From assembly GCA_964608505.1 (NCBI GenBank), contig CAZSOV010000005.1, positions 4,114 to 68,113 on the forward strand: a stretch of 64,000 bases of DNA. The letters run 5' to 3'. Below are positions 1-8,316 of the stretch, in pieces (position 1 is the first letter of the stretch; each line of letters begins with the position of its first letter). A program made the position numbers and the translations under genes. Source of the DNA: an uncultured Verrucomicrobiota bacterium (lineage in GTDB: Bacteria; Verrucomicrobiota; Verrucomicrobiia; Limisphaerales; CAIMTB01). Under the pieces are notes generated by a model, which saw only the letters and a list, made by a program, of their open reading frames with translations, searched no databases and had not been told where the DNA came from.

Positions 1-693
1 GGCCTCCCAGGGATGGGCACGGGCCCGCAGGAAGACGCGGCGGGGCGCCCGCGGGTCCCCGAGGCGCACGATCTCGAGGTCCCGGCCCTGGACCGTCCGG
101 CCGATGGTCTCGATGGCTACCCGGGCGTCCGTCCGGAGATCGGCGAGCAGCCGGTCGAGGTCTGAAAGCCGATAGGGTTCGACCCGGGCGACGTGGAGGC
201 GCGGGCCGGGCAGGGAGAGGGAAAGCCGGACGCGGTTCGTGGGCAGCCCGGTGGTTTCGACCGAACGCCAGTCGGTTCCGTTTTCGGAGACGACGAGGGC
301 CTGGAGTTCGCGGGCCACCGAGCCGGGGCGGCCGTTCCAGACGTTGTCGAGGTTGCGGAATTCAAGGACGACCGGGGCGCCGGAGCGACCGTGGAGGAGG
401 AAGTGGATGTGGCCGGCGGCACGATTGGGCGAGGCTCGTTCGTGGTCGTAGTTGAGGAAGATCTGGATCGAGCCATCCGCTGCGGTCTCGTACCAGAGCG
501 GCGACGCGTTCTCGATCGAGCTGTCGATGAACTCGACGGCGGATGGCGGAGCGGGGGCGGGAGCGGAGGCGGCGATGGCGCCCGAATCCAAGCAGGACCA
601 GAAGGCGAGGAGCGGGGCGAACAGGAGACGCACGGTCGAACGGCGGCGCGCTCCGGCGCGTGGGTCCGTACGGAAGTGGGGTCCGGGCCTCAT
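1..693 (-). CDS. M14-family zinc carboxypeptidase-like protein, N-terminal part (gene continues beyond the left edge)
   Basis: Absent from the ORF track because it is open at the window edge. My translation of the minus strand from ATG 693-691 gives MRPGPHFRTDPRAGARRRSTVRLLFAPLLAFWSC (signal-like) ... IETIGRTVQGRDLEIVRLGDPRAPRRVFLRARAHPWEA, in frame down to nt 1. The GRxVxGRxLxxxxLG ... H-P-x-E ending resembles the first zinc-ligand region of M14 peptidases. ATGA overlap with the stop of the upstream gene (690-693). Confidence 0.6.
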   Translation of the reverse strand, partial: MRPGPHFRTDPRAGARRRSTVRLLFAPLLAFWSCLDSGAIAASAPAPAPPSAVEFIDSSIENASPLWYETAADGSIQIFLNYDHERASPNRAAGHIHFLLHGRSGAPVVLEFRNLDNVWNGRPGSVARELQALVVSENGTDWRSVETTGLPTNRVRLSLSLPGPRLHVARVEPYRLSDLDRLLADLRTDARVAIETIGRTVQGRDLEIVRLGDPRAPRRVFLRARAHPWEA

Positions 694-1472
694 GGATGCA
701 CGTCGACGTGCCACTCGCGGGCCGCGGCGTGGAGGTCCATCTCGAACTCGATCTCGAGGACCGGCGGACGGGCAACGTGCCAGCAGACGCCGTGACGTGA
801 GGCGGGGCCGAGCCGGCGTTGGAGCAGGGCGCGCCAGGGTTCGTCGAGCACGTGCGCGGTATAGACGTTGGAGGCGGTCACCTTCGACCAGTCCACCCCC
901 AAGCCATGGAGTCGCTCCGCCATGACCTCCAGCACATGGCTCGCCTTGGCAAGGAGCCCCGCGGCGGAGGTGTCGCCCCGGTGCACGATGCGTTCGGATT
1001 CGAGGATCCCCTCCCGCAGTTCGCCGGCGCCGGCCACGACGAAGGTGGGCGCGGGCGATTCGGACGCGGCGCGGGTTGCGGGGATGGGACGGACAAAGGA
1101 GAAGGCGTGCAGCGAGGGAACCGACGGCGGGGCGTCGACGGGTGCGACGTTCGTCCGGGCGAGGGGGTTCAGGCCGTCCACGAGCAGCCCCCAGCCTTCG
1201 AGGACGGCACAGTAGCCGCGATTGAACCCGATGAAACCGGACATCGACCACGGGGCCGGGGAGCGGAGTTCGAGGGCACAGAGGTCGGTGCGGGCACGGC
1301 CTTCGCGGCGAAGAAAAAAATCGATGAACTCGAATCCGTCGCGCCAAGGGAAGGGTTGGCGGGGGACGACGCGAACGATCTCGTGCCCGGCGGCGGCAAT
1401 GACGCCGCAGGAGTAGGGCGCGATGCCGCGGAGGAAGCGGTAATGGCCAAGAGGATGTGGCAGCGGGGGCAA
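690..1472 (-). CDS. Hypothetical protein with a RidA/YjgF-like (L-PSP fold) C-terminal region; start uncertain (TTG 1472 proposed)
   Basis: The 3' part of track ORF 690..1886 has normal protein composition (GHYRFLRGIAPYSCGVIAAAGHEIV ... KVTASNVYTAHVLDEPWRALLQRRLG ... PPVLEIEFEMDLHA). Its 5' part is R/H/P-rich junk that overlaps the AI-2E gene, whose stop is at 1493. The C-terminal pattern resembles RidA-family proteins. The function call is weak. Confidence 0.55.
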   Translation of the reverse strand: MPPLPHPLGHYRFLRGIAPYSCGVIAAAGHEIVRVVPRQPFPWRDGFEFIDFFLRREGRARTDLCALELRSPAPWSMSGFIGFNRGYCAVLEGWGLLVDGLNPLARTNVAPVDAPPSVPSLHAFSFVRPIPATRAASESPAPTFVVAGAGELREGILESERIVHRGDTSAAGLLAKASHVLEVMAERLHGLGVDWSKVTASNVYTAHVLDEPWRALLQRRLGPASRHGVCWHVARPPVLEIEFEMDLHAAAREWHVDVHP

Positions 1473-1492
1473 GGACGGGCCGGGCGCGGGGG

Positions 1493-2824
1493 TTAGCGGG
1501 AATGCCAGACGTAGCGGAACATGAGGGCGCGGAGCACGGCGGTGGCGGGGATGGCGAGGAGGCCGCCGAGGATGCCGCCCATCAGGGTGGTGCCGACGAG
1601 CAGCGCGATGATGATGGAGACGGGGTGGAGGCCCACGCGGTCGCCAATGATGCGGGGTTGGATGACCCATCCCTCGAGGGTCTGCACCACGGCGAACACC
1701 GCGAGGACCATGAGCGGATGCTGGAGGTCGCCGAACTGGACCAGGGCGATGAGGAGCGCGGTGCCGCAGGTCACGATGGCGCCGAGGAAGGGAACGATGG
1801 TCAGGAGGGTGGCGACGAGCCCGAGCAGCAGCGCGTACGGAAGCCCGATGGCGAGAAAGCCGATGGTGTAGAGCACGCCGTCGCACATGGCGACCAACAC
1901 CTGGCCGCGGAAAAATACGATGAGCGCGTCATTGATGTTCTTCAGCAGCCACACCAGCTCGTCCTTGAACCGGGAATCCGCGACCGGGAGATAATCGGTC
2001 CAGCGTCGCTCGATGCTGCTCTTCTCCAGCAGGAAGTAGAACGCGTAGATCGGGATGAGCGCCAGCCCGGCGAGGACGCCAAACCAAGAGGCCACGCGTC
2101 CGAGTTGGCCGACCATCCAACGGCCCACTTCGGGGAGCACGGTGGCAAGCCAGTCGCCTGCGGTGCGCAGGGACCTGGGATCAAGAGCCTTCCACCAGAG
2201 CGGCGCGTCCGCGGGTGCGGGTGGCAGCTCGAAAATCGGAAGGTTCGTGGCGGTGTGGGTTTGGGTGCCCGCCGCGGGGAACCGGTCGGCTGACGCGAGG
2301 GCCGGGCCGTTGGTGGCCGGCACCGCCGCGGGGCCGAGCGTGGTGACCAGTTGGCCGGGAGGCGAATTGGTTTTCCAGCCGGCGAGGCGTTTGCGAAGGG
2401 CTTCCGGCAGCAGGCTGACCAGGGGGGCGGGGGGATGCTCGATCCAGGTGTCGATCCGCTTCCGCGCCCGGGGCACGTAGTCATGAGTGATCCGGGTGGC
2501 GAGGTCGCGGGCCTCCGCGACCGCCCGGGGGACGAGGCTGCCGAAGACTCCGAGCACCAGCAGGGCGGCGGCACCAAACACGAGCAGGATGGCACGCAGG
2601 CGGGGAACACGATGGTGGTCGAGCCATTCAACCACGGGATCGAGCAGGAATGCGATGATGCCGGCCACCGCCAGGGGCCAAAGGACGGGGGACAGGACGA
2701 CCAGAATCTGGCCCATGCCCCAGAACAGCATGCCGATGATGGCCACGGTGAGCGTGACCGCGAGCGTGGTCAGCGCGAACCAGATCACCCTGGCCTGCCG
2801 ATCGCTGGGGGGAGGAAACGACAT
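1493..2824 (-). CDS. AI-2E family transporter (PerM/UPF0118-type membrane protein)
   Basis: 443-aa polytopic membrane protein. Family-typical C-terminal half: LIPIYAFYFLLEK ... IVFFRGQVLVAMCDGVLYTIGFLAIGLPYALLLGLVATLLTIVPFLGAIV ... EGWVIQPRIIGDRVGLHPVSIIIALLVG. Confidence 0.9.
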   Translation of the reverse strand: MSFPPPSDRQARVIWFALTTLAVTLTVAIIGMLFWGMGQILVVLSPVLWPLAVAGIIAFLLDPVVEWLDHHRVPRLRAILLVFGAAALLVLGVFGSLVPRAVAEARDLATRITHDYVPRARKRIDTWIEHPPAPLVSLLPEALRKRLAGWKTNSPPGQLVTTLGPAAVPATNGPALASADRFPAAGTQTHTATNLPIFELPPAPADAPLWWKALDPRSLRTAGDWLATVLPEVGRWMVGQLGRVASWFGVLAGLALIPIYAFYFLLEKSSIERRWTDYLPVADSRFKDELVWLLKNINDALIVFFRGQVLVAMCDGVLYTIGFLAIGLPYALLLGLVATLLTIVPFLGAIVTCGTALLIALVQFGDLQHPLMVLAVFAVVQTLEGWVIQPRIIGDRVGLHPVSIIIALLVGTTLMGGILGGLLAIPATAVLRALMFRYVWHSR

Positions 2825-2831
2825 GACGCCT

Positions 2832-3644
2832 TCAGCCCCCGCCCAACCTTCGCGATTTGTCCGCGGCGGCGCGGACGGCGTTGATAAGACCGGCGCGGAC
2901 GCCGGCCTTCTCCAGTTCGTGGAGTCCGTCGATGGTGGTTCCGCCGGGGCTGGTGACCTGATCCTTGAGGGCGCCCGGATGCTGGCCGGTCTCCAGAACC
3001 ATGCGGGCGGCGCCCAGCAGCGTCTGGGCGGCCAGTCGCGTGGCGATGTCGCGGGGCAAACCCGCGGCCACCCCGCCGTCGCTGAGCGCCTCGATCATCA
3101 GGTAGCCGTAGGCCGGTCCGCTTCCGCTCAGCCCCGTGACGGCATCCAGAAGGGGTTCCTTCACCGCGAAGGCCACGCCCACGGATTCGAATAGTTGCTG
3201 AACCCAGGCGGCGTCCTCCGGCCGACTGTGGGAGCCCAGGGCGAAGGCGGTGGCGGAGCAACCCACGAGGGCCGGGGTGTTAGGCATGACCCGGACAACT
3301 CGGGCGCCCGGGGCCAGAGCCGCCTGAAGTCTGGCGAGCGTGACGCCGGCCGCAATGGAGACCACGAGCGGACGGGTGCCCAAAGCCTCCCGGAGGTCGC
3401 CGATCACGCCGTCGACCTGCTGGGGTTTGACCGCGATGAAGACCGTCGCGGCGGCGGTCACCTCGGAATTGTCTCCGCTCGTGCGGGCGCCGGTGAGGCG
3501 TCCGAATTGTTCGCGCGCGGCCGGCTCGACATCGCTGGCGACGAGGTCGGAGGGGGTGACGAGCCCCGCCCGCAGGAACCCCTGGGCGAGGGCGGTGGCC
3601 ATGCGTCCGGCTCCGAGAAAGCCGATCTTCAATTCCGCGGACAT
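2832..3644 (-). CDS. proC: Pyrroline-5-carboxylate reductase
   Basis: MSAELKIGFLGAGRMATALAQGF (Rossmann GxGxxG) ... VMPNTPALVG ... LSGSGPAYGYLMIEALSDGGVAAGLPRDIATRLAAQTLLGAA ... VTSPGGTTIDGLHELEKAG. I chose the internal ATG at 3644 rather than the track start at 3728. Confidence 0.93.
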   Translation of the reverse strand: MSAELKIGFLGAGRMATALAQGFLRAGLVTPSDLVASDVEPAAREQFGRLTGARTSGDNSEVTAAATVFIAVKPQQVDGVIGDLREALGTRPLVVSIAAGVTLARLQAALAPGARVVRVMPNTPALVGCSATAFALGSHSRPEDAAWVQQLFESVGVAFAVKEPLLDAVTGLSGSGPAYGYLMIEALSDGGVAAGLPRDIATRLAAQTLLGAARMVLETGQHPGALKDQVTSPGGTTIDGLHELEKAGVRAGLINAVRAAADKSRRLGGG

Positions 3645-3720
3645 CGGAAGTGGTCTACCGGGGCCGGGGGGAATAGCCAAGAGCCGATCCCGGCTTGGGC
3701 GGAATCTCGTTCCGGGGCCC

Positions 3721-4755
3721 CTACCCAAACACCTTCTTCTTCAAGGCCCGGAGAACGAACGCCTCCGCCCCCTCCAACCCCCGCACCCGGCGCGCCCCGC
3801 TCCGCCGCTTCGTGCCGAACCGCTCCCGGTACGCCCCGAAGATCCCTTCCACGTACTCCCGGCTCCCGAACGCCGCGCCCGCCGTGAAATACCTCACCCG
3901 GCACCGCAAATACTCCGCCAACGGCAGCTTCCCGTTCCCCTCCAACACCTCCACCACCGCTTCCCGAGACAACGAGCCCCGCAACGCACGACCATCCTCG
4001 CCCACCCCCGCCCGCCGCTCGTCCCCTTCCCGGAACACCCACTCCCGATACACCTCCAAAGATCTGCCCGGCGACTCCTCCCGACCTCGTTGCAGCGCCG
4101 TGACGAGGCAACGAATCCCGTCCTTCGCCCGTTTCCTCCCCGCCACCGCCTCCCCGTACCCGCTCCACCGGTAATCCTTGGGATCCGTCGCCAGCCCCGC
4201 CCGCACCGGGTTCAAATCGATGTACGCCGCCATCGTCGCCAGCGCCCGTCCCTGACCCTCCACCAACACGCTCTTGAACCGTTCTTCCCATAGCGTCCCC
4301 TTCCGATCCGCCCGCAGATTGTACCACAGCGTGAATCGTTGCTTCAGCAGCTTCATGAACTGGCTCAGATCCCACAGCCGGGCGTGGAACGTGGCCAAAT
4401 ACTCGGCCAATCCCTTCTCATCCTTCGCCTGGCGATACATCTCAAAGCGCTGGCGGACCGCCCCGACATTCTGGTGCCCGGAGAGCCTGGCCAACTTGGC
4501 CAGCATGCGTTCCGGCGAGGGGCGCAGATGCGGTTCGGGCGGCTTCGGGACCTCGACCAGGACATGGAAATGATTGGACATGAGGCAGTAGGTCAGGACG
4601 CGAACCTCGCAGAATTCCTCGGCCTCGCGGAGGAGTCGGACGAAGTACTCCTTCTCCGCCCCGTTGAAGATGAAACGACGATCCACGACGCGGGACACGC
4701 AATGATACACCGCCGAAGCGTGTTCGGGCGGGGCAAGCAATCGACCGGTGGACAT
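3721..4755 (-). CDS. IS200/IS605-like Y1 (HUH) transposase family protein, RAYT-like, copy 1
   Basis: HUH motif in LTYCLMSNHFHVLVEVP. Tyr region AAYIDLNPVRAGLATDPKDYRWSGY is typical of REP-associated tyrosine transposases. Long C-terminal extension. About 88% aa identity by eye to the copy at 19164..20198. Start taken at MSTGRLL (ATG 4755). Confidence 0.85.
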   Translation of the reverse strand: MSTGRLLAPPEHASAVYHCVSRVVDRRFIFNGAEKEYFVRLLREAEEFCEVRVLTYCLMSNHFHVLVEVPKPPEPHLRPSPERMLAKLARLSGHQNVGAVRQRFEMYRQAKDEKGLAEYLATFHARLWDLSQFMKLLKQRFTLWYNLRADRKGTLWEERFKSVLVEGQGRALATMAAYIDLNPVRAGLATDPKDYRWSGYGEAVAGRKRAKDGIRCLVTALQRGREESPGRSLEVYREWVFREGDERRAGVGEDGRALRGSLSREAVVEVLEGNGKLPLAEYLRCRVRYFTAGAAFGSREYVEGIFGAYRERFGTKRRSGARRVRGLEGAEAFVLRALKKKVFG

Positions 4756-5120
4756 GCCGCCAACGCTGTCGGACCACCCCTTCGCTTGTAAATAAAAATC
4801 CAGCAAATGAGCGAGTCAGGGCGTTTGGAATGGAATGTCGCGGGGCTGCGGCGACCCCTCATCCACCCGGCGGGCGGGTTCGCCGGACAGGGACAGGACG
4901 GATCTGGAGCAGGGCGGCATCCGGTCCGTGCGCGCCGCCGGAAGCGCGGGAACGCCGCGGACGGGCAATGGTTTGGACGCGCACCCGGCACCGCGGCGTG
5001 CCGTTGGACCGCAATTGGGGGTTGCGTTGGCGGGAGCGGGTTCGGTTAGCTGGGTGGCCCCGCGGGAGTCGCGCGGGGGTTCGGTGCGTTTTTCAACCCT
5101 GGTTCAAACCGCGGATTGTC

Positions 5121-5432
5121 ATGTCGAGCATTGGAAAACTGATGAAGCAGGCGGCCCGCATCCAGCGGCAGCTTGAAACGAAACAGTCGGAGCTGGCGGC
5201 GCGAACGGTCGAAGCCACGAGCGGCGGTGGCGCGGTCAAGGTCCTGGCGCGCTGCGATGGGACCCTGGCCTCGATCAAGATCGATCCGCAGGCGGCGAAC
5301 CCGGCGGATGTGACGCTGCTCGAGGATCTGGTGCTGACGGCGGCGAACAACGCCCTGACCCAGGCGAAGGAGATCCAGAATTCGGAGATGAGCTCGGTGG
5401 CCGGCGGTCTGCAGCTGCCCGGCCTTATGTGA
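5121..5432 (+). CDS. ybaB: Nucleoid-associated protein YbaB/EbfC
   Basis: MSSIGKLMKQAARIQRQLETKQSELAARTVEATSGGGAVKVLARCDGTLASIKIDPQA...LLEDLVLTAANNALTQAKE. It has the typical ~100-aa length and sits directly upstream of recR, which is conserved synteny. The upstream part of track ORF 4830..5432 is junk. Confidence 0.92.
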   Translation: MSSIGKLMKQAARIQRQLETKQSELAARTVEATSGGGAVKVLARCDGTLASIKIDPQAANPADVTLLEDLVLTAANNALTQAKEIQNSEMSSVAGGLQLPGLM

Positions 5433-5553
5433 CCGGTCCGGGGCGGAGGTTCGTGCGGTCGGGTCGTCCCCTTCGGGACGGACGACCGGCGCCGTCCGGC
5501 CCCGTCCGAATCCTTCCGGGCGGCGCCCGGACCGTCCCTGTGAACCGTTCCTC

Positions 5554-6156
5554 GTGACACGCCTGCCCGAACCGTTGTCGGCGTTGGTGGCCGTTCTGGG
5601 CAAGTTGCCCGGGATCGGGCCGCGCTCGGCGGAACGGATCGGCCTGCACCTGGTGCAGACCGACCCGGCGCAGGTGGAACATCTGGCGCACGCGCTGGTG
5701 GAGGCGCGACGGCGGGTCCGGTCGTGCGAGCGCTGCGGGGCATTGACGGAAGCGTCCCCATGCGACCTGTGCACGAGTCCTTCCCGGGACGAGGGGATGG
5801 TCTGCGTCGTGGAGCGCGCGACGGACGTGCTTTCGCTGGAACGGGCGGGCGCATTTCGGGGACGGTATCACGTGCTCGGTGGCCGGCTCTCGCCGGTGAA
5901 CGGGGTTGGACCGGAGGACCTGCGGATCGCGGAACTCGAGGCGCGGGTGAGCGGGGGAATCACGCGGGAGGTGGTGCTGGCGCTGGGGACGGACGTGGAA
6001 GGGGACGCGACGGCGAGTTACCTGGCCCGGCGCCTGGGCGGGAAGGGGGTGCAGGTGACGCGTTTGGCGGCGGGCCTGCCAGCGGGGAGCGGATTGGATT
6101 TTGCGGACGAGGTGACATTGGCGCGGGCCCTGGAAGGGCGGCGTCCGTTGGGTTGA
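5554..6156 (+). CDS. recR: Recombination protein RecR
   Basis: HhH region LGKLPGIGPRSAERIGLHL, zinc finger CERCGALTEASPCDLC, Toprim region MVCVVERATDVLSLERAGAFRGRYHVLGGRLSP ... EVVLALGTDVEGDATASYL. GTG start. Confidence 0.95.
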   Translation: MTRLPEPLSALVAVLGKLPGIGPRSAERIGLHLVQTDPAQVEHLAHALVEARRRVRSCERCGALTEASPCDLCTSPSRDEGMVCVVERATDVLSLERAGAFRGRYHVLGGRLSPVNGVGPEDLRIAELEARVSGGITREVVLALGTDVEGDATASYLARRLGGKGVQVTRLAAGLPAGSGLDFADEVTLARALEGRRPLG

Positions 6157-6164
6157 ACTCGACT

Positions 6165-6779
6165 ATGAAAAACCCCGCGGCGGTGGTCTTTGATCTGGGG
6201 AAGGTGCTGCTGGACTTCGATTACTCCATCGTGGTCCGGCGGGTGGCGGCGATGAGCGACCGCATGGGGGTGCCCGAGATCGGTCAGTTGCTCGTGCACT
6301 CGCCCCTCCTGCCGGCCTACGAGCGCGGCGAGCTCACATCGCGTGAGTTCTTCGAGGTGGTCCGGCGGGAGACGGGATTCACCGGGGGCTACGAGCGGTT
6401 CGTGGATTATTTCTCCGACGTGTTCGCCGAGATTCCGCCCATGGTGGCGGCCCAGGCGGCACTGCGCGGGGCGGGGGTGCCGACCTATATCTTCTCCAAC
6501 ACGAACGACCTGGCCATCGACCACATCCGGGCGCGATTCCCGTTTTTCGCGAACTTCGACGGGTACGTGCTCTCGTACGAGCTGGGCTGCATGAAACCGG
6601 ACGCGCCGATCTACGAGGCGGTGGAGCGGATGACGGGGATGCAGGGACCGGATCTGATCTACTTGGATGACCGGCCCGAGAACGTGGAGGCGGGCGCCGC
6701 GCGGGGATGGCAGGCGGTGCTGCACCACGATCCGGAGGTCTCGTTGGGACGCCTTCGGGCGGCGGGCTTCGTGGTGTAG
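6165..6779 (+). CDS. HAD-superfamily hydrolase (subfamily IA-like)
   Basis: Motif I VVFDLGKVLLDF, later IFSNTN, and MKPDAPIYE ... LIYLDDRPENVEAG (motifs III/IV). Internal ATG at 6165 is in frame with track ORF 5724..6779, whose 5' part overlaps recR. Confidence 0.88.
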   Translation: MKNPAAVVFDLGKVLLDFDYSIVVRRVAAMSDRMGVPEIGQLLVHSPLLPAYERGELTSREFFEVVRRETGFTGGYERFVDYFSDVFAEIPPMVAAQAALRGAGVPTYIFSNTNDLAIDHIRARFPFFANFDGYVLSYELGCMKPDAPIYEAVERMTGMQGPDLIYLDDRPENVEAGAARGWQAVLHHDPEVSLGRLRAAGFVV

Positions 6780-6825
6780 AACCCCGAGGTAGCCGCCGGG
6801 GCGACCGGGGCCGGAGCATTGGTCC

Positions 6826-8286
6826 TCACGCGAGGATGTCGCGGAGGACGTGGCCGTGGACGTCGGTCAGGCGGCGATCGGCACCGTTGTGCCGAAAGGT
6901 CAGGCGTTCGTGGTCGAGGCCGAGCAGGTGAAGGAGGGTGGCGTGGACGTCGTAGGTGGTGGTCTTGTCATGCGCGGCCTTCCAAGACCAGGGATCGCTT
7001 TCCCCGTAGGCGATGCCGGGTCGGATTCCCGCGCCGGCCAGCCAGCCGATGGAGGTGCCGCCGTTGTGATCGCGTCCGGTGGCGCCCTGGGTGAAGGGCA
7101 TGCGCCCGAATTCGGTGCTCCACACGACGAGGGTGTCGGCGAGGAGCCCGCGGGATTCGAGGTCGCGGAGCAGGGCGGCGATGGGACGGTCGGTGGCAGA
7201 GGCGACCTTCGGCAGTTCGGTGATGATGTCGGTGTGGTTGTCCCAGTTGTTTTTGGGGCCACCGGCTCCGCTCCAGACCTGGACGAAGCGGACCCCGCGC
7301 TCGACAAGTCGGCGGGCGAGCAGGCAGCGGCGACCGAAGTCCTCGGTGACGGGATCCTCGAGGCCGTAGAGTTGGCGGGTGGCCGGGGATTCGCGGCGGA
7401 GGTCGAAGGCCTCGGGGGCGGCGAGTTGCATGCGGGCGGCGAGTTCGTAGCTGCGGATGCGGGCATCGAGGCGGGTGTCTTCGGGATGCTCGGCGCGATG
7501 ACGTTCGTTGAGTTGGTGCAGGAGGGCGAGACCCGCGGGCTCGGGGTCAGGACGGGAGGCGGGACCGGCGGGAGGATGGAGGTAGGGGATGGGTTCGGGG
7601 GCGGCGGCGTGGAGGAGGGTTCCGGCGTGGGTGGCGGGCAGGAAGCCGGCGGAGAAGTTGCCGCGCTGGTTGTAGGGAAGTCCGCGCGGATCGGGGAGAA
7701 CCACGAACGTGGGGAGATTGTCGGCGAGATGGCCGAGGGCATGGGAGACCCAGGCGCCGAGGCAGGGGAACCCCGGCAGGAGGAACCCGGTGTTCATGAG
7801 AAAGCTGGCGGGGCCGTGGACGTTGGTGCGGGACTGGATGGCGAGGAGGAACGCGATCCGGTCGACGCAGCCCGCGAGGTGGGGGAACACGGAGGAGACC
7901 CAGCGTCCGCATTGGCCGTGCCGGCGGAAGGCGAACGGGGATTTCATGACCAGGCCGGGTTCGCTGGTGGCGGCCTCGACGCGGGAACCATCGCCGGGAT
8001 CGAATTTCATGCCGTGCCGGCGCTCGAGCTCGGGCTTGTAGTCGAACGTGTCCATCTGGCTCGCGCCGCCGTTCATGAAGAGCTGGATGACGCGCTTCAC
8101 CCGGGGCGGGAAATGCGCGCCGACGGCCTCGTTCGGGGACGGGGCGGAGGCGGGCGTGGCGGCGAGGAGTTCGCCCGGGCGGGAAAGCAGGCTGGCGAGG
8201 GCCACGTGGCCGAAGCTCGCGAGGAATCCGCGGCGGGTTGGGGCTTGGGGCGGAAACCGCGGTGGAATGGGAGGCCTCGGGAGCAT
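6826..8286 (-). CDS. DUF1501 domain protein (sulfatase-fold, twin-arginine-like leader)
   Basis: TRRGFLASFGHVALASLL leader. FMNGGASQMDTFDYKPEL ... VVWSTEFGRMPFTQG ... GRDHNGGT ... TYDVHATLLHLLGLDHERLTF are hallmarks of planctomycete-type DUF1501 proteins. It lies immediately downstream of its usual PSCyt/DUF1549/DUF1553 partner. Confidence 0.9.
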   Translation of the reverse strand: MLPRPPIPPRFPPQAPTRRGFLASFGHVALASLLSRPGELLAATPASAPSPNEAVGAHFPPRVKRVIQLFMNGGASQMDTFDYKPELERRHGMKFDPGDGSRVEAATSEPGLVMKSPFAFRRHGQCGRWVSSVFPHLAGCVDRIAFLLAIQSRTNVHGPASFLMNTGFLLPGFPCLGAWVSHALGHLADNLPTFVVLPDPRGLPYNQRGNFSAGFLPATHAGTLLHAAAPEPIPYLHPPAGPASRPDPEPAGLALLHQLNERHRAEHPEDTRLDARIRSYELAARMQLAAPEAFDLRRESPATRQLYGLEDPVTEDFGRRCLLARRLVERGVRFVQVWSGAGGPKNNWDNHTDIITELPKVASATDRPIAALLRDLESRGLLADTLVVWSTEFGRMPFTQGATGRDHNGGTSIGWLAGAGIRPGIAYGESDPWSWKAAHDKTTTYDVHATLLHLLGLDHERLTFRHNGADRRLTDVHGHVLRDILA

Positions 8287-8316
8287 GGGAGACCGGGGTG
8301 ACCGGGGTGGGGTGGA

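Noticed and set aside
4807-5120. SRP RNA (ffs) or other ncRNA upstream of ybaB, as found upstream of dnaX-ybaB-recR in several bacteria.
   Set aside because: I could not find the conserved domain IV motif (GGAAG...AGCAGC context with a GNAR loop) or a convincing long hairpin on either strand. dnaX is also not present here.
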